This document shows positions 1-9,404 of a DNA stretch of 64,000 bases, one piece after another. Position 1 is the stretch's first letter. Every line of letters begins with the position of its first letter. Under the pieces are notes generated by a model. The model worked only from the letters and a program-made list of their open reading frames with translations. It was not told where the DNA came from and searched no databases. The stretch covers positions 1,344,001 to 1,408,000 of the forward strand of contig CBDFLE010000005.1 of the NCBI GenBank assembly GCA_965248925.1, read 5' to 3'. The translations under genes were made by a program, and so were the position numbers. Source of the DNA: Candidatus Multivoradales bacterium. Lineage in GTDB: Bacteria > Acidobacteriota > Thermoanaerobaculia > Multivoradales > J023.

Positions 1-514
1 CAACTGAGTAGTTACGTTTTGTCGAGATTGTCCTTGGCATCCGGTTCGAGAGATATCGGGCACTTCGATGGCTTTCTCCGTGGAGAACCCCCAGCGCCAA
101 GGCAGCAATAAATCTGTCTACGCGACTCTTCCTCCAGTTGAGTGCACTCCTCAAGTACATCACCTGACTCAGGGTGTGCTTATGAAAACAAAGCGCAAAG
201 AACGGATCATCAAGTAGGCAACAGTTAGTTCCCTGGGAGTCAGCAAACCCTGCCTGAAGCTCTCGCATGCGAAGCAGAACCGAACGCATCTCAGGAGGAT
301 CAGCCTTTGCATTCGAGAGGCAAAAGGCAACAGCGTTGACATCGCAACCAGCGGCCTCACGACCTTGAAGTAAACTCTGGAAGACTGTCGTACCGCGACC
401 ACTAAACGGGTCGAAGACGCGATCTCCTCGTTTAGTCCAGACAAGGTACTTCTGCACGAATGTCTCAGGAAACATCGCGAAGTAAGGGCAGATTGCGTGA
501 AATCTATGTCTCAC
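1..514 (-). CDS. DNA amino-methyltransferase (N4-C/N6-A family), 3' part outside the window; missing from the ORF track
   Basis: Hand translation from GTG at 514, which overlaps the upstream TGA (GTGA): MRHRFHAICPYFAMFPETFVQKYLVWTKRGDRVFDPFSGRGTTVFQSLLQGREAAGCDVNAVAFCLSNAK... The frame is open to base 2. DPFSGRGTT is SAM-binding motif I; GCDVN is motif II. Confidence 0.85.
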   Translation of the reverse strand, partial: MRHRFHAICPYFAMFPETFVQKYLVWTKRGDRVFDPFSGRGTTVFQSLLQGREAAGCDVNAVAFCLSNAKADPPEMRSVLLRMRELQAGFADSQGTNCCLLDDPFFALCFHKHTLSQVMYLRSALNWRKSRVDRFIAALALGVLHGESHRSARYLSNRMPRTISTKRNYSV

Positions 515-1542
515 AGCTCTCCTAGATTTCTTACTGCCTTTCTGCGAAATGAACGAACCCACTTCCTGACGTCCCGAAGACTCTCAACCCCGTCAATCGG
601 CTCAACGCCTTGTTTGTGGAGACCCAAAGCCCGCCCCAGGTGGGCGACGAGTCGATGTCGATAGAAGAAAGCGCCGAACTGGAGAGTCAGCACCCTAAGG
701 TAACCCTGAATCCTCTCTTCGTAGGAAAAGGAACCGAAATTTTCATCGGGTGGCTCAACACAAAAAGGAATAAACAGAGCTGGTGCAGGTTTGGCCGCGG
801 GACGCTCCTCGAACCAGCACTCAAAGAATGTGTCGAGGTGTAGTCTAACAGACTTGTCACGCCAGTTCGATAGACCAGAGGCTGTCTGCCCAAGAAGGAA
901 CCGTAGACTAGGGCGGCTGTCAATGTTCGGGCGCCAGGCGATCACATCGATACCACCATCTTTTTCCTTACCGCTCATTCCCGCCAAGGGTTGATCCCGA
1001 ACTTTCCCTTCACCCCAAAGTTCCACGACTTCCCTGAGCTTCTCCCGAATTGCAGATCCATCTGGCCGGGGGAAATCGAAGTAGACCGAGGGTCCGGTCA
1101 TATAGTCAGCTGCGCAGATAGTTGCGCATGCTTGGAACAGGCGTCGCTCGTTGTAAGTAATCGACGGGCTGAGGTCACCCGACAAAATTAGGCTTGAGGT
1201 CGCATGCGAGAGGAGCAGGCAAAACAGATAGGAACTCTGGCCGTCCGACCACCGCTTGGCCAGGACGAGCCGACGCCCGTTACTGCTAAGATCATAAGGA
1301 TACGCGGGGCCCATAACTTTTTTCCGAAAGTTGATCTCTTCTAGAATTTCCCCCAAGCGGGCCTCAGATCTTGCATCATCTTGGTCGAGTTTTTCTGAGT
1401 CCCAGTCTCGATCGAAATCTAAGGCATCGACGACGTCCCGAGTATGACAGGAATAATTTGAGCAGCAGAAGGCGCGCAATTCAAGCCAGTCGCTCCAGAT
1501 CATCAGTGATGCGGACGCCGGAGGAGAACTCAAAGAGGACAA
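511..1542 (-). CDS. Putative Mrr-like/PD-(D/E)xK-fold restriction endonuclease-like protein
   Basis: 343 aa. KDGGIDVIAW...FLLGQTASG resembles the Mrr-type DxGxD...Qx(K) core. Coupled between the ParB-like and MTase genes. Confidence 0.55.
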   Translation of the reverse strand: MSSLSSPPASASLMIWSDWLELRAFCCSNYSCHTRDVVDALDFDRDWDSEKLDQDDARSEARLGEILEEINFRKKVMGPAYPYDLSSNGRRLVLAKRWSDGQSSYLFCLLLSHATSSLILSGDLSPSITYNERRLFQACATICAADYMTGPSVYFDFPRPDGSAIREKLREVVELWGEGKVRDQPLAGMSGKEKDGGIDVIAWRPNIDSRPSLRFLLGQTASGLSNWRDKSVRLHLDTFFECWFEERPAAKPAPALFIPFCVEPPDENFGSFSYEERIQGYLRVLTLQFGAFFYRHRLVAHLGRALGLHKQGVEPIDGVESLRDVRKWVRSFRRKAVRNLGEL

Positions 1543-1546
1543 CAGA

Positions 1547-2665
1547 CTAAACCTCAGCGGGAGCTGTTTTCTGTCGCCCAGTCATCACTTCGATTAGGAT
1601 ATTGGCGTTCTCCGCAAGGCTCTTACCAGTGGCAAAGAGGGTTTCTGTTCCGTCGTATGCCCGCACTTTTGAAAGTGCTTCTTCCGTTTTCTGATTCGCT
1701 TGGACCAGAGCCTGCTCGAATGCTGTTGCCGGAGTCCGGACTAGCTTGTAGGCTTCAACGCGACTGGCGTTAGCCTCCAGGTTCTGGCGGGCCTGGGGGA
1801 CTCGAATGATCTCGTCGAGCTGCTTCACATGAGGGTTCTGAGAAGTAACAAGTGGGTCACACTCATCTTGTTTGGATCCGTAGAGCCACTGCAGAACTCG
1901 TTTCAAATTCTCGAGCTTCTCCGGGGAAACTGGGTTCGGAAGCGGTTCGCTATTGCGCCAGTCATCTGGAAGACCTAAATATGCCCTGAAACCGGGTCGG
2001 GTTATTGCTGTGTAAAGGTGCGAGAAATAAAAGACACGGCCACTGGCACGATCTCGAACATCAAATATCTTCTCTTGTTGAGCCTGAATCAAGACGAGCA
2101 TCCCGTTGACTAGGCGTCGGACGACATCGTGTCTGTCGCCGAGTTTCTTCGCAATTTCTCGGATCGTGATCTTCGGTTGCTCCTTCAAATACCAATTTGT
2201 TGCAAATTTCGCTTTCGGGTAAGAGTCCCATCGGTGAGGGCCATTGATGTGCTTGAATCCAATAAAGGCGCGTGCTGTATGACGGTCGGACACAAAGTAG
2301 ACCGTTACTTTCTCAAGGCTACTCTTCTTGTCTTCGGCAATCTGAGGTACTGAAATACCGATCGTCGCAGCCAATTCGGGTTCGCGGAGAAGACGAAGAG
2401 CAGCCAACCGGCGGTTGCCCTCATAAACGACACTGGAATTGGTGTCTACTAAGAGCGGCTCGATATCGATGTAGCCGTTAGCGGCAATCGACTCTAGGAG
2501 TTCTCCAAGATCGGCTGTTTCGTCAAGGGCTGCAATGGCATCCTCCTCGGTCTGAATCCGGGTCTCGCCGTCGAATAGCCGAGGGTTCTCAAGATCGAAC
2601 TTGAGTGTTTCCACGTCGACTAGGCGTGTGGAAGGCATCGTGTCGTTTGTCATGAGTCTGCTCAT
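1547..2665 (-). CDS. ParB/Sulfiredoxin N-terminal domain protein with HTH
   Basis: DLENPRL, ELLESIAANGYIDIEPLLV, VVYEGNRRLAAL (ParB/Srx GxxR box); HTH-like IREIAKKLG. Confidence 0.8.
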   Translation of the reverse strand: MSRLMTNDTMPSTRLVDVETLKFDLENPRLFDGETRIQTEEDAIAALDETADLGELLESIAANGYIDIEPLLVDTNSSVVYEGNRRLAALRLLREPELAATIGISVPQIAEDKKSSLEKVTVYFVSDRHTARAFIGFKHINGPHRWDSYPKAKFATNWYLKEQPKITIREIAKKLGDRHDVVRRLVNGMLVLIQAQQEKIFDVRDRASGRVFYFSHLYTAITRPGFRAYLGLPDDWRNSEPLPNPVSPEKLENLKRVLQWLYGSKQDECDPLVTSQNPHVKQLDEIIRVPQARQNLEANASRVEAYKLVRTPATAFEQALVQANQKTEEALSKVRAYDGTETLFATGKSLAENANILIEVMTGRQKTAPAEV

Positions 2666-3244
2666 TTCCCAGCAACCTTTCAGGCGGAGGTACCACCATC
2701 ACACCATGAGGCCGTTTGGCCTGGACCAATCTCACTCAGCCACCCTGGCTCAGAGCAGCACGTCCTGCCCCGATTGTCTCAGATACTCAGGGGTTCTGCT
2801 GGCCTGATTCTCAAGTCTGTGCCTTTTGGATCTCTCCTGAATCTGCCTGGACCCTAGCAGCTCGAAGGCAGAGACAATGTCCATAGGGGAAATCTGCCCA
2901 AGGCTTACCCCATGTGGGCGACTATATCGCCTAGGCGAGTGCAAGAGGGCACCACAGGACAGTAGCCAGGAACCGAATCCACGGTTAACACCAGGGTAGG
3001 CACGCGACTAGGATTGCGCAGCCAGTATCGCCGAACAAAGACGCCAAAGTCATTTCTTGATCGAATGAACATCTGCGCCCACTCGCTCCTGCTCTACCGG
3101 TGTTTCGCACCTCCACAGCACATGAACCCTAGGAAACGCGTTCGCGGCCCACAAATCCCTCCCCGCCATCCGCGCCGCCCGGCTGCCGGTGGCGACGGCG
3201 CTGCGGGAGCTTTGAGGAAAGCAACTGGCTGGGCGGGCCAGCGC

Positions 3245-5949
3245 TCAGCTGGCCCGCAGGGCCTCGACGGTGTCGGTGCTTGCCGCCTTTAAGGCAGGTC
3301 CCAAACCAGCCAGGGCGGCGACTCCCAGCAGCAGAACCGCCATGGCGAGGAAGATCATCGGGTCGGTTGGCTCGACACCATAGAGCAACGACTCGACCGA
3401 TCGCGACACCACCAAGGCACCCACGCTGCCGAGGGCCAGACCGCAGCCGGCCAAGAGCAGGGTCCTGCCCACGATGCGTCGCAGAACTCCCGCCGCCGAC
3501 TCTCCCAATGCCATGCGGATGCCAATCTCGGGCAAGCGCTCGTTGACCGAATAGGAGAGCACGCCGTAGATCCCCAAAGCAGCCAGCAGCAGAGCGGTAG
3601 CCGCAAAGGCAATAAGCAATTGCAGGGTGAAGCGGCGCGGTGACATCGAACGCTCAACCACCCCGTCGAGGCTCTGGTATTCGCCGGTCGGCAAGGTCGG
3701 GTCTAGCCGGCTGATCGCCGCCGCAACGCTGGGCACCAGAGCAGTGGCCGCCAAACGCGATCGCACCACCATGTCAAGGGTCTGAAAATCACCATTCTGA
3801 GTGACCGGGAGATACATCTCCGAACCCGCACCCAACTCTAGAGACCGATGCCGCACATCGGCCACCAGCCCCACCACCCGATGCTCCGCGCCGTTGATCA
3901 CCATGATCTGGTCGAGGGCGCGCTGGCCGCCAAAGACCCGCTTGGCGCCAGTCTGATTGAGCATCACGACCCGCTCTTGGTCGCCATCGTCGTGGGCACT
4001 GAAGTAGCGGCCCGCCAGCAGCGGAATCTGCATCGATTGCAAATAGCGGCTATCGATCAAATGGGGGAAGACCACCGTCCACTCTTCACCATCCTGGTAC
4101 TCAACCCCCGGTGCCCGCACCGCCCAGGATCGATTGCGCCCCAAAGGCAGAGCATCCGTGAGGCCCACTGCCTCGACCCCAGGAATCGCTGTCACCGCCG
4201 TCAGCGCACGGTCATAGAAGGCGTTGACCTCCGCCAAGCTGTCGAGATTCTGCGGGGTGTTGATCTGCCAAGCATAGGCCCCAGCGGGCTGAAAACCGAG
4301 ATCGACATCGAGCACCCGCTGGAAACTCTTCAACAACAAGCCGCCGAAGACCAGCAAGACGCAGGCCAGGGCGACCTCGGCAATGACCAGACCCTCGCGC
4401 CAACGGGTACTGCGCCGAGTGGCACTCAATCCCCTGCCCGTGCCTTTGAAGGCAGCTGCCTCACTGCCGTTGGAAACCTGCAGGGCGGCACCAGACCCGC
4501 CGCCAAACCGACGACGAAAGTCAGCGCAGTGGTGAAGAGCAAGGCACCGCCGTCGACCGAGACCGAGCGCAAGAGTGGAATGCTCAGCGCGTTGTCGGAG
4601 GCCGCGAATTCGGTGATCGAAACCGCCAGCAGAAGACCGACCCCAGCACCCGCGGTCGCCAATAGCGAACTCTCGATCAACAGCTGACGCAGCAGCCGCC
4701 AGCGGGAGGCACCCAGAGCACTGCGCACCGCCATCTCGCGACTCCGCTTGGTGCTACTGGCCAACAGCAGGTTAGAGAGATTGACACAAACGATAAGCAT
4801 CACCGCTCCAGCCGCCGCCGCCAGCAGCAACATGGCGGAACGGAAGGGGCCAGCGATCTGCCCCTTGAGAGAACTCACCTTGGCTCCTAAACCCCAACGC
4901 TCTGGATCGTCCTTTTTCAAGGCCGCGAGCACCGCGTCGAGTTCGGCCTGGGCGCTGGCGACGGTGGCGCCGGGAGCCAACCGGCCGATCATCGATAGGG
5001 TATTACCCCAGCGGTCGGTCTGATCGCTGATCGGAAAGACGTGCAAGAAATCTACCCTCGTGCTGGGAGTGAAGATGGAGGCAAAGTCGAAAGATGGAGG
5101 CAGCACACCGACCACCTCGAGCGGGCCATTGCTGAAGGAGATCGTGCTACCGACCACCGCCGGATCGGCGGCGAATCGTCGCTGCCACAAGGCGTGGGAC
5201 AAAATCACCACCGGCGGGCCGTTGTCAGCCCCCTCTTCCAAGACGAAGGCGCGGCCATGGAGCGGCTGCACACCCAGCACCTGGAGGAAATCTTGGGCCA
5301 CCGCTGCGCCGACCAGCCTCTCGGGCTCGCCTTCCCCCACCAGATTGTAGCTGCGGTGCTCGAAGAAGGCGTTGTAGCCGGTGATTGCGGTGAAAGACTG
5401 GGTGCGATCACGGAAGTCGCGCAAGTTGCTGGTGCGCGAAGTAACTGCCGACATGCCGCCCACGCCATCGTTGGCAATCCACACCAGCCGCTCAGCTTCA
5501 GTGAGCGGTAACTGGCGCAGCATCAGAGGGCTCAAGACACTAAACACCGCGGTACAGGCGCCGATCCCCAAGCCGACGATCGGCACCGCGAAGAGAAACA
5601 AGCGCGGATCCTTGCGCACCGCGCGCAGGGCATATTTCGCATCCGAAATCCAAGCCGAAGGTCGCAATAAGTCGCTCACGCTCTCTCCTTTGATTTCCGC
5701 CACCACCAGCGAGCTGAGGGGCTGCCGGCGCTGCCGGCGATCACTCAATCCCAAACTGCAAGCCAACACCAATGCCTGGCGCCAGTACCAGAAGTAAGCC
5801 GTCAATGCTCCCCGCCGCCGTGCTAGCCGGCCACAGTCCTCGCTGAGATCACCGAGGATCGAGCGGGTAATATCGCTGGCGCCAAGGCAGCGCAGCAGCA
5901 GCCACTCTGCCCCCCAGGGGGGTCGCGGGATCTGCTGTAGGCTGCTCAC
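3245..5949 (-). pseudogene. ADOP-family (MacB/FtsX duplicated) ABC permease split by a 1-nt frameshift at about 4487
   Basis: ORFs 4426-5949 and 3245-4429 carry the N- and C-halves (LLIxCxNLSNLLLA...REMAVRSALGA; LVIAEVALA...EIGIRMALG). Adding one G in GTG CCG CCC TGC gives a continuous VPALQVSNGSEAAAFKGTGRGLSATRR. Confidence 0.8.
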
Positions 5950-6272
5950 CGTGGGTCCATCATCGGCCCGAGCGCCGCGAAGAAACGCAGCAGAGTAGTG
6001 CGCGATGCCCGTGCCGCGCTGAGCCCTTCGGCGGAGACCCGCAGTCGGCGCATCGGGTGACCACCGCGTTCAGGAACTCCGCTAGGCTCGATCTCCCAGC
6101 TGATCAGTCTCTTGGCTTCGAGCCGGGCCAGGGTGCGGTAGAGCGCCCCGCGAGTTACCTTGCGGCCAGCGTTCTGCTCGAGGTCCCAGCGCACCCGATT
6201 GGCATAGGGCTCCTCTGCTTGGCGCAGGATCGCCAACAACACCAACAGCTCAAACTCACCCATCTTTGCCAT
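5946..6272 (-). CDS. PadR-family transcriptional regulator (acidobacterial ADOP-associated type)
   Basis: MGEFELLVLLAIL...GALYRTLARLEAKRLI...ERGGHPMR; overlaps the permease start (GTGA). Confidence 0.88.
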   Translation of the reverse strand: MAKMGEFELLVLLAILRQAEEPYANRVRWDLEQNAGRKVTRGALYRTLARLEAKRLISWEIEPSGVPERGGHPMRRLRVSAEGLSAARASRTTLLRFFAALGPMMDPR

Positions 6273-6330
6273 GCGTTTCCTACCCTGATTTTTCAACTCT
6301 CACTCTAATTCTTCAACTCTCATGCGAAGC

Positions 6331-6374
6331 ATACATTGTATACCTCGAAGCCTCAGACAAGTTACAACTGGTCT
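6331..6374. promoter_or_regulatory. Candidate PadR operator palindromes upstream of padR
   Basis: ATACA-T-TGTAT (6331-6341) and imperfect AGACaAGTTacAACTgGTCT (6355-6374) in the AT-rich intergenic gap. Confidence 0.35.
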
Positions 6375-6390
6375 AGGCAACCGTCTCGCT

Positions 6391-8463
6391 CTATGAGCTC
6401 GGCGCCTGCTGGCTGCCGAATCGGCCTGCCGCGAAAGTCTGCAGCAAGGTCGGCAACACCAGCAGGGACAGCACCAGTCCGGCGCCGACTCCCAGACCAA
6501 GAACTTGGGCAAAAGAAGCCAAACCCCGATGACTGGTCAAGGCCAGAGTGACGAAAGCGGCCAGGGTGGTGAGGGAGGTCAGGACGATGCTTCGACCGGT
6601 GCCTATCAGGGTGCTGTGGAGGTCACCTCGCTCCGAGCGGTAGCGGTGAACCAGGTGAATACCGTCGTCGACAGCGATCCCCAGCACCACCGGCAGAGCC
6701 ATGATATCGAGAGGATTGAAGGACAGCCCAAAGAGCTTCATCAGGCCGATCAGCGCGCTCACCGTCAGCCCGGTCGGCATCACCGCTAGCAAAGTCCAGA
6801 GCGGGTCGCGGAATACCGAGAAGACCCAGATCAGAAGCAGAGGAGCGCCCGCCGCAGCCGTCACCCACAAAGCTCGTTTTGATCGCTCGACCATGAATTG
6901 GCCGAGGAAGGGCATGCCGGTGGCTTGGCTGTCGATTGCCAGCATATGATCGATGAAAGTCTGCTGCTCCAGCGGGTCCCAGATGTCAGCCTGAGGATAA
7001 GCGTAGACCGCCAGTTGGCCGGCGGTGGATTCAAAGGCCCGCAGCAGGTCCGGCGGCAGCTCTGCCCGCACTCCCGGCAGCACTTCAAAATCGAGCATCG
7101 AACGCACTGTGCCCACGGTCTCGTCATCACTCAGTCGCCAGACCAGATCTTGTAGCTCTTGGCGTGAGCCAACGGTGAAAGCAGCCAACTCGGGTGACCA
7201 GCTCGACCGCCGCACCATCTCGCGCTCCAGGCGCACAGTCTCTGAGTCTACCGGCTGTAGATTGAGGTAGTCGGTGTCAAAAGACGGCAGCCCACCGAGC
7301 AGTCCCGTCAGGGCAGCTAGCACCAACAGCCAGGCCAGCGGCCGGCTTTGCAACGCCACCAAGATTCGGCCGAGGCGCCGCCCGCCACCAGCCCATGGCC
7401 GCAGCTGTCGCCCGCCAGTCCAGCTAAGACTTAGCAAGGCCGGCAGCACTGTCACCATCGACAACAGACAGATCACCACACCGGTGCCGGCGATCGCTCC
7501 CAATTCAGCGAAGCCACGAAAACCGGAGAGCTGCATTGCCCACAGAACCGAGGCGGTGGTCAGCGCGCTGCCGGCCAGGCTCGGCGCCAGCTCGCCCACC
7601 GCTCGTGGCACCGCCCGCGCCAGCACCAGGCCCTCGCCCAGCAGCTCCTCAGTCCGAGCAACAATGTGAATGCCAGAGTCTATGCCGAGGCCAAGAAGGA
7701 TCGAAGCAAAGAACGCCGACAGCAGAGTGAGGTGGCCAGGGTAGATGGCGGCGAATCCCACCGTCACAACAACCCCGAAAGCCAAGGCCAGGGTCGCGGC
7801 CAAGGGGCGACGGATATCACCAAAGGCAGTGGCGAAGAGCACCAGCACCAAGATCAACGACAACGCCGACAACCGGCCGATGTCACGCTGCACCAAGTTG
7901 CGATCGTCGAGAGCGAAACGCGGCATGCCGGTGGTTCCGGCTCTAACCTGGGTAGCCGCTAATTCCGCCTGCAAACGCTCCTCCACCCCAGCGACGAAGG
8001 GCTCCAGGGTCTCGACCCGAGAGTAAGCATCCTCCGGCTGGACGAAGAGAAATAGCAGTCCGCCATCCTCAGAACTCAGGTAAGGATCGACACCTGTCAC
8101 TTCCACCACCGCCGGATCGAGCGGCAGCCTGGCGAACACACTGCGCACGCCGGGGAGCTGTCGCAGAGCAACCTCCAGCCGGTCGGCGGCACTTCGCAAA
8201 CGGCTTTGATCAGCCCCTTCGAGCACTACCACCAAGCTGTTGGGAGTGCCGAACCGAGCAGCGAAGTCTTGAAACCGCTGCACTGGTGGCAGTTTGGTAT
8301 CGATCAAATCGAGGTTCGAAGTGCGCAGACTCAGCCGGGTCACGGCCAGTCCCAGGGATCCGCCCGCCAACAGCAAAGCCACCAGCAAGACGGCGCCAGG
8401 TTGCCGCACCGAGACTCGGGCGGCGACGGCGAGCATCCCAGCTGCGCGGCCCAGCCAGTTCAT
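6391..8463 (-). CDS. MMPL/RND-family lipid exporter (HpnN-like)
   Basis: Two TM bundles with ILLGLGIDSGIH and VVLGIAVDDGIH; TSLTT motif; ATG 8463 overlaps the upstream stop. Confidence 0.85.
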   Translation of the reverse strand: MNWLGRAAGMLAVAARVSVRQPGAVLLVALLLAGGSLGLAVTRLSLRTSNLDLIDTKLPPVQRFQDFAARFGTPNSLVVVLEGADQSRLRSAADRLEVALRQLPGVRSVFARLPLDPAVVEVTGVDPYLSSEDGGLLFLFVQPEDAYSRVETLEPFVAGVEERLQAELAATQVRAGTTGMPRFALDDRNLVQRDIGRLSALSLILVLVLFATAFGDIRRPLAATLALAFGVVVTVGFAAIYPGHLTLLSAFFASILLGLGIDSGIHIVARTEELLGEGLVLARAVPRAVGELAPSLAGSALTTASVLWAMQLSGFRGFAELGAIAGTGVVICLLSMVTVLPALLSLSWTGGRQLRPWAGGGRRLGRILVALQSRPLAWLLVLAALTGLLGGLPSFDTDYLNLQPVDSETVRLEREMVRRSSWSPELAAFTVGSRQELQDLVWRLSDDETVGTVRSMLDFEVLPGVRAELPPDLLRAFESTAGQLAVYAYPQADIWDPLEQQTFIDHMLAIDSQATGMPFLGQFMVERSKRALWVTAAAGAPLLLIWVFSVFRDPLWTLLAVMPTGLTVSALIGLMKLFGLSFNPLDIMALPVVLGIAVDDGIHLVHRYRSERGDLHSTLIGTGRSIVLTSLTTLAAFVTLALTSHRGLASFAQVLGLGVGAGLVLSLLVLPTLLQTFAAGRFGSQQAPSS

Positions 8464-9404
8464 CGTGGCGGCCCGCCGCCGACAGATCCGGCAGCCAACT
8501 GCGGCATCATCCAACGCAGGCCGGCAATCTCAGCAGCGCGGGCAAAGCGCGGCAGGGCCGAGGAGGGCCGATCGAGCGATAGAGTGAAGGTTCCGAAATG
8601 ACAAGGCACGACTTGCTCGACACCAAGAATCTTGGCCACTCTCACCGCCTCCTCCGGATTCAGATGGAATTTGGCCAGCGGAAACCGCGGCGCGTAGGCG
8701 CCGATCGGCAGCACCGCGACGCGCGGCTGATAGCGCTCAGCGATCACCGCAAAGTGCTCGCCGAAACCGCTGTCACCAGCGAAGTAGATGGCATCTTCCG
8801 GTGATCGGATGATGTAACCCAAGGCCAGCTGGCGGCTCGCCAAGGGGTGATAACGATTGCCATTGTGGGCCGCCTCGACGGCTATCACTTCCAGCTCTCC
8901 CAGCCGCAAACTCGAACCAGGCTCGAGGCTATCGATGCGGATAGCGGGATCGAAAACGCCCTCGAGATACGCGGCGGCCCCAGCGGGTACCAGCATCCGC
9001 CCAAGGCGAGGCACCGCCGCCAGGGTCGGCAGATCGAGATGGTCGTAGTGAGCATGACTAATCAACACCGCATCAAGCGGCCCTAGCTCTCCAGCCGCTA
9101 ATGGTGGAGCCATCAGCCGGCGACTCAGAGTGCAATGCCGGCTGAGGTTTGGATCGACCAGGATTCGCTGCCCCAACCACTCGACCAAGAAACCCGAATG
9201 TCCCAGCCAGTGCAACCGCGGCACCGGCGAATCACCCCGCCAGAGCACCGTTTCCCGAGGTCGCGCCGCCCTTGGGATCTCTTCCCAGCCGGTGGCGCCC
9301 TGCCAGTGTTGGAGAGGTGTCAACCAACCAAGCCAGCCTGCCGAGGCGAGAACTGCTGCCATTAAGATCGCGGCACCGATCAGGCGTCTTCGCTTACCCC
9401 TCAT
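8460..9404 (-). CDS. MBL-fold metallo-hydrolase (NAPE-PLD/RomA-like), N-terminal membrane anchor
   Basis: HWLGHSGF, LISHAHYDHLD, YFAGDSG, LPIGAYAP, PCHFGTF. Confidence 0.88.
   Translation of the reverse strand: MRGKRRRLIGAAILMAAVLASAGWLGWLTPLQHWQGATGWEEIPRAARPRETVLWRGDSPVPRLHWLGHSGFLVEWLGQRILVDPNLSRHCTLSRRLMAPPLAAGELGPLDAVLISHAHYDHLDLPTLAAVPRLGRMLVPAGAAAYLEGVFDPAIRIDSLEPGSSLRLGELEVIAVEAAHNGNRYHPLASRQLALGYIIRSPEDAIYFAGDSGFGEHFAVIAERYQPRVAVLPIGAYAPRFPLAKFHLNPEEAVRVAKILGVEQVVPCHFGTFTLSLDRPSSALPRFARAAEIAGLRWMMPQLAAGSVGGGPPR

Larger units (their letters stand above)
1..3150. mobile_element. Lower-GC accessory island (putative defence island); right boundary approximate
   Basis: Visibly more A/T-rich with different codon usage than the sequence from about 3160 onward. 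No integrase or att site seen. Confidence 0.5.

Noticed and set aside
169-444. 91-aa ORF in the track
   Set aside because: Out-of-frame shadow of the methyltransferase gene at 1-514.
3150-3172. tRNA 3'-end/att remnant at the island boundary (AAATCCCTCCCCGCCA)
   Set aside because: No T-arm TTCG context or cloverleaf; the match is too short to support.
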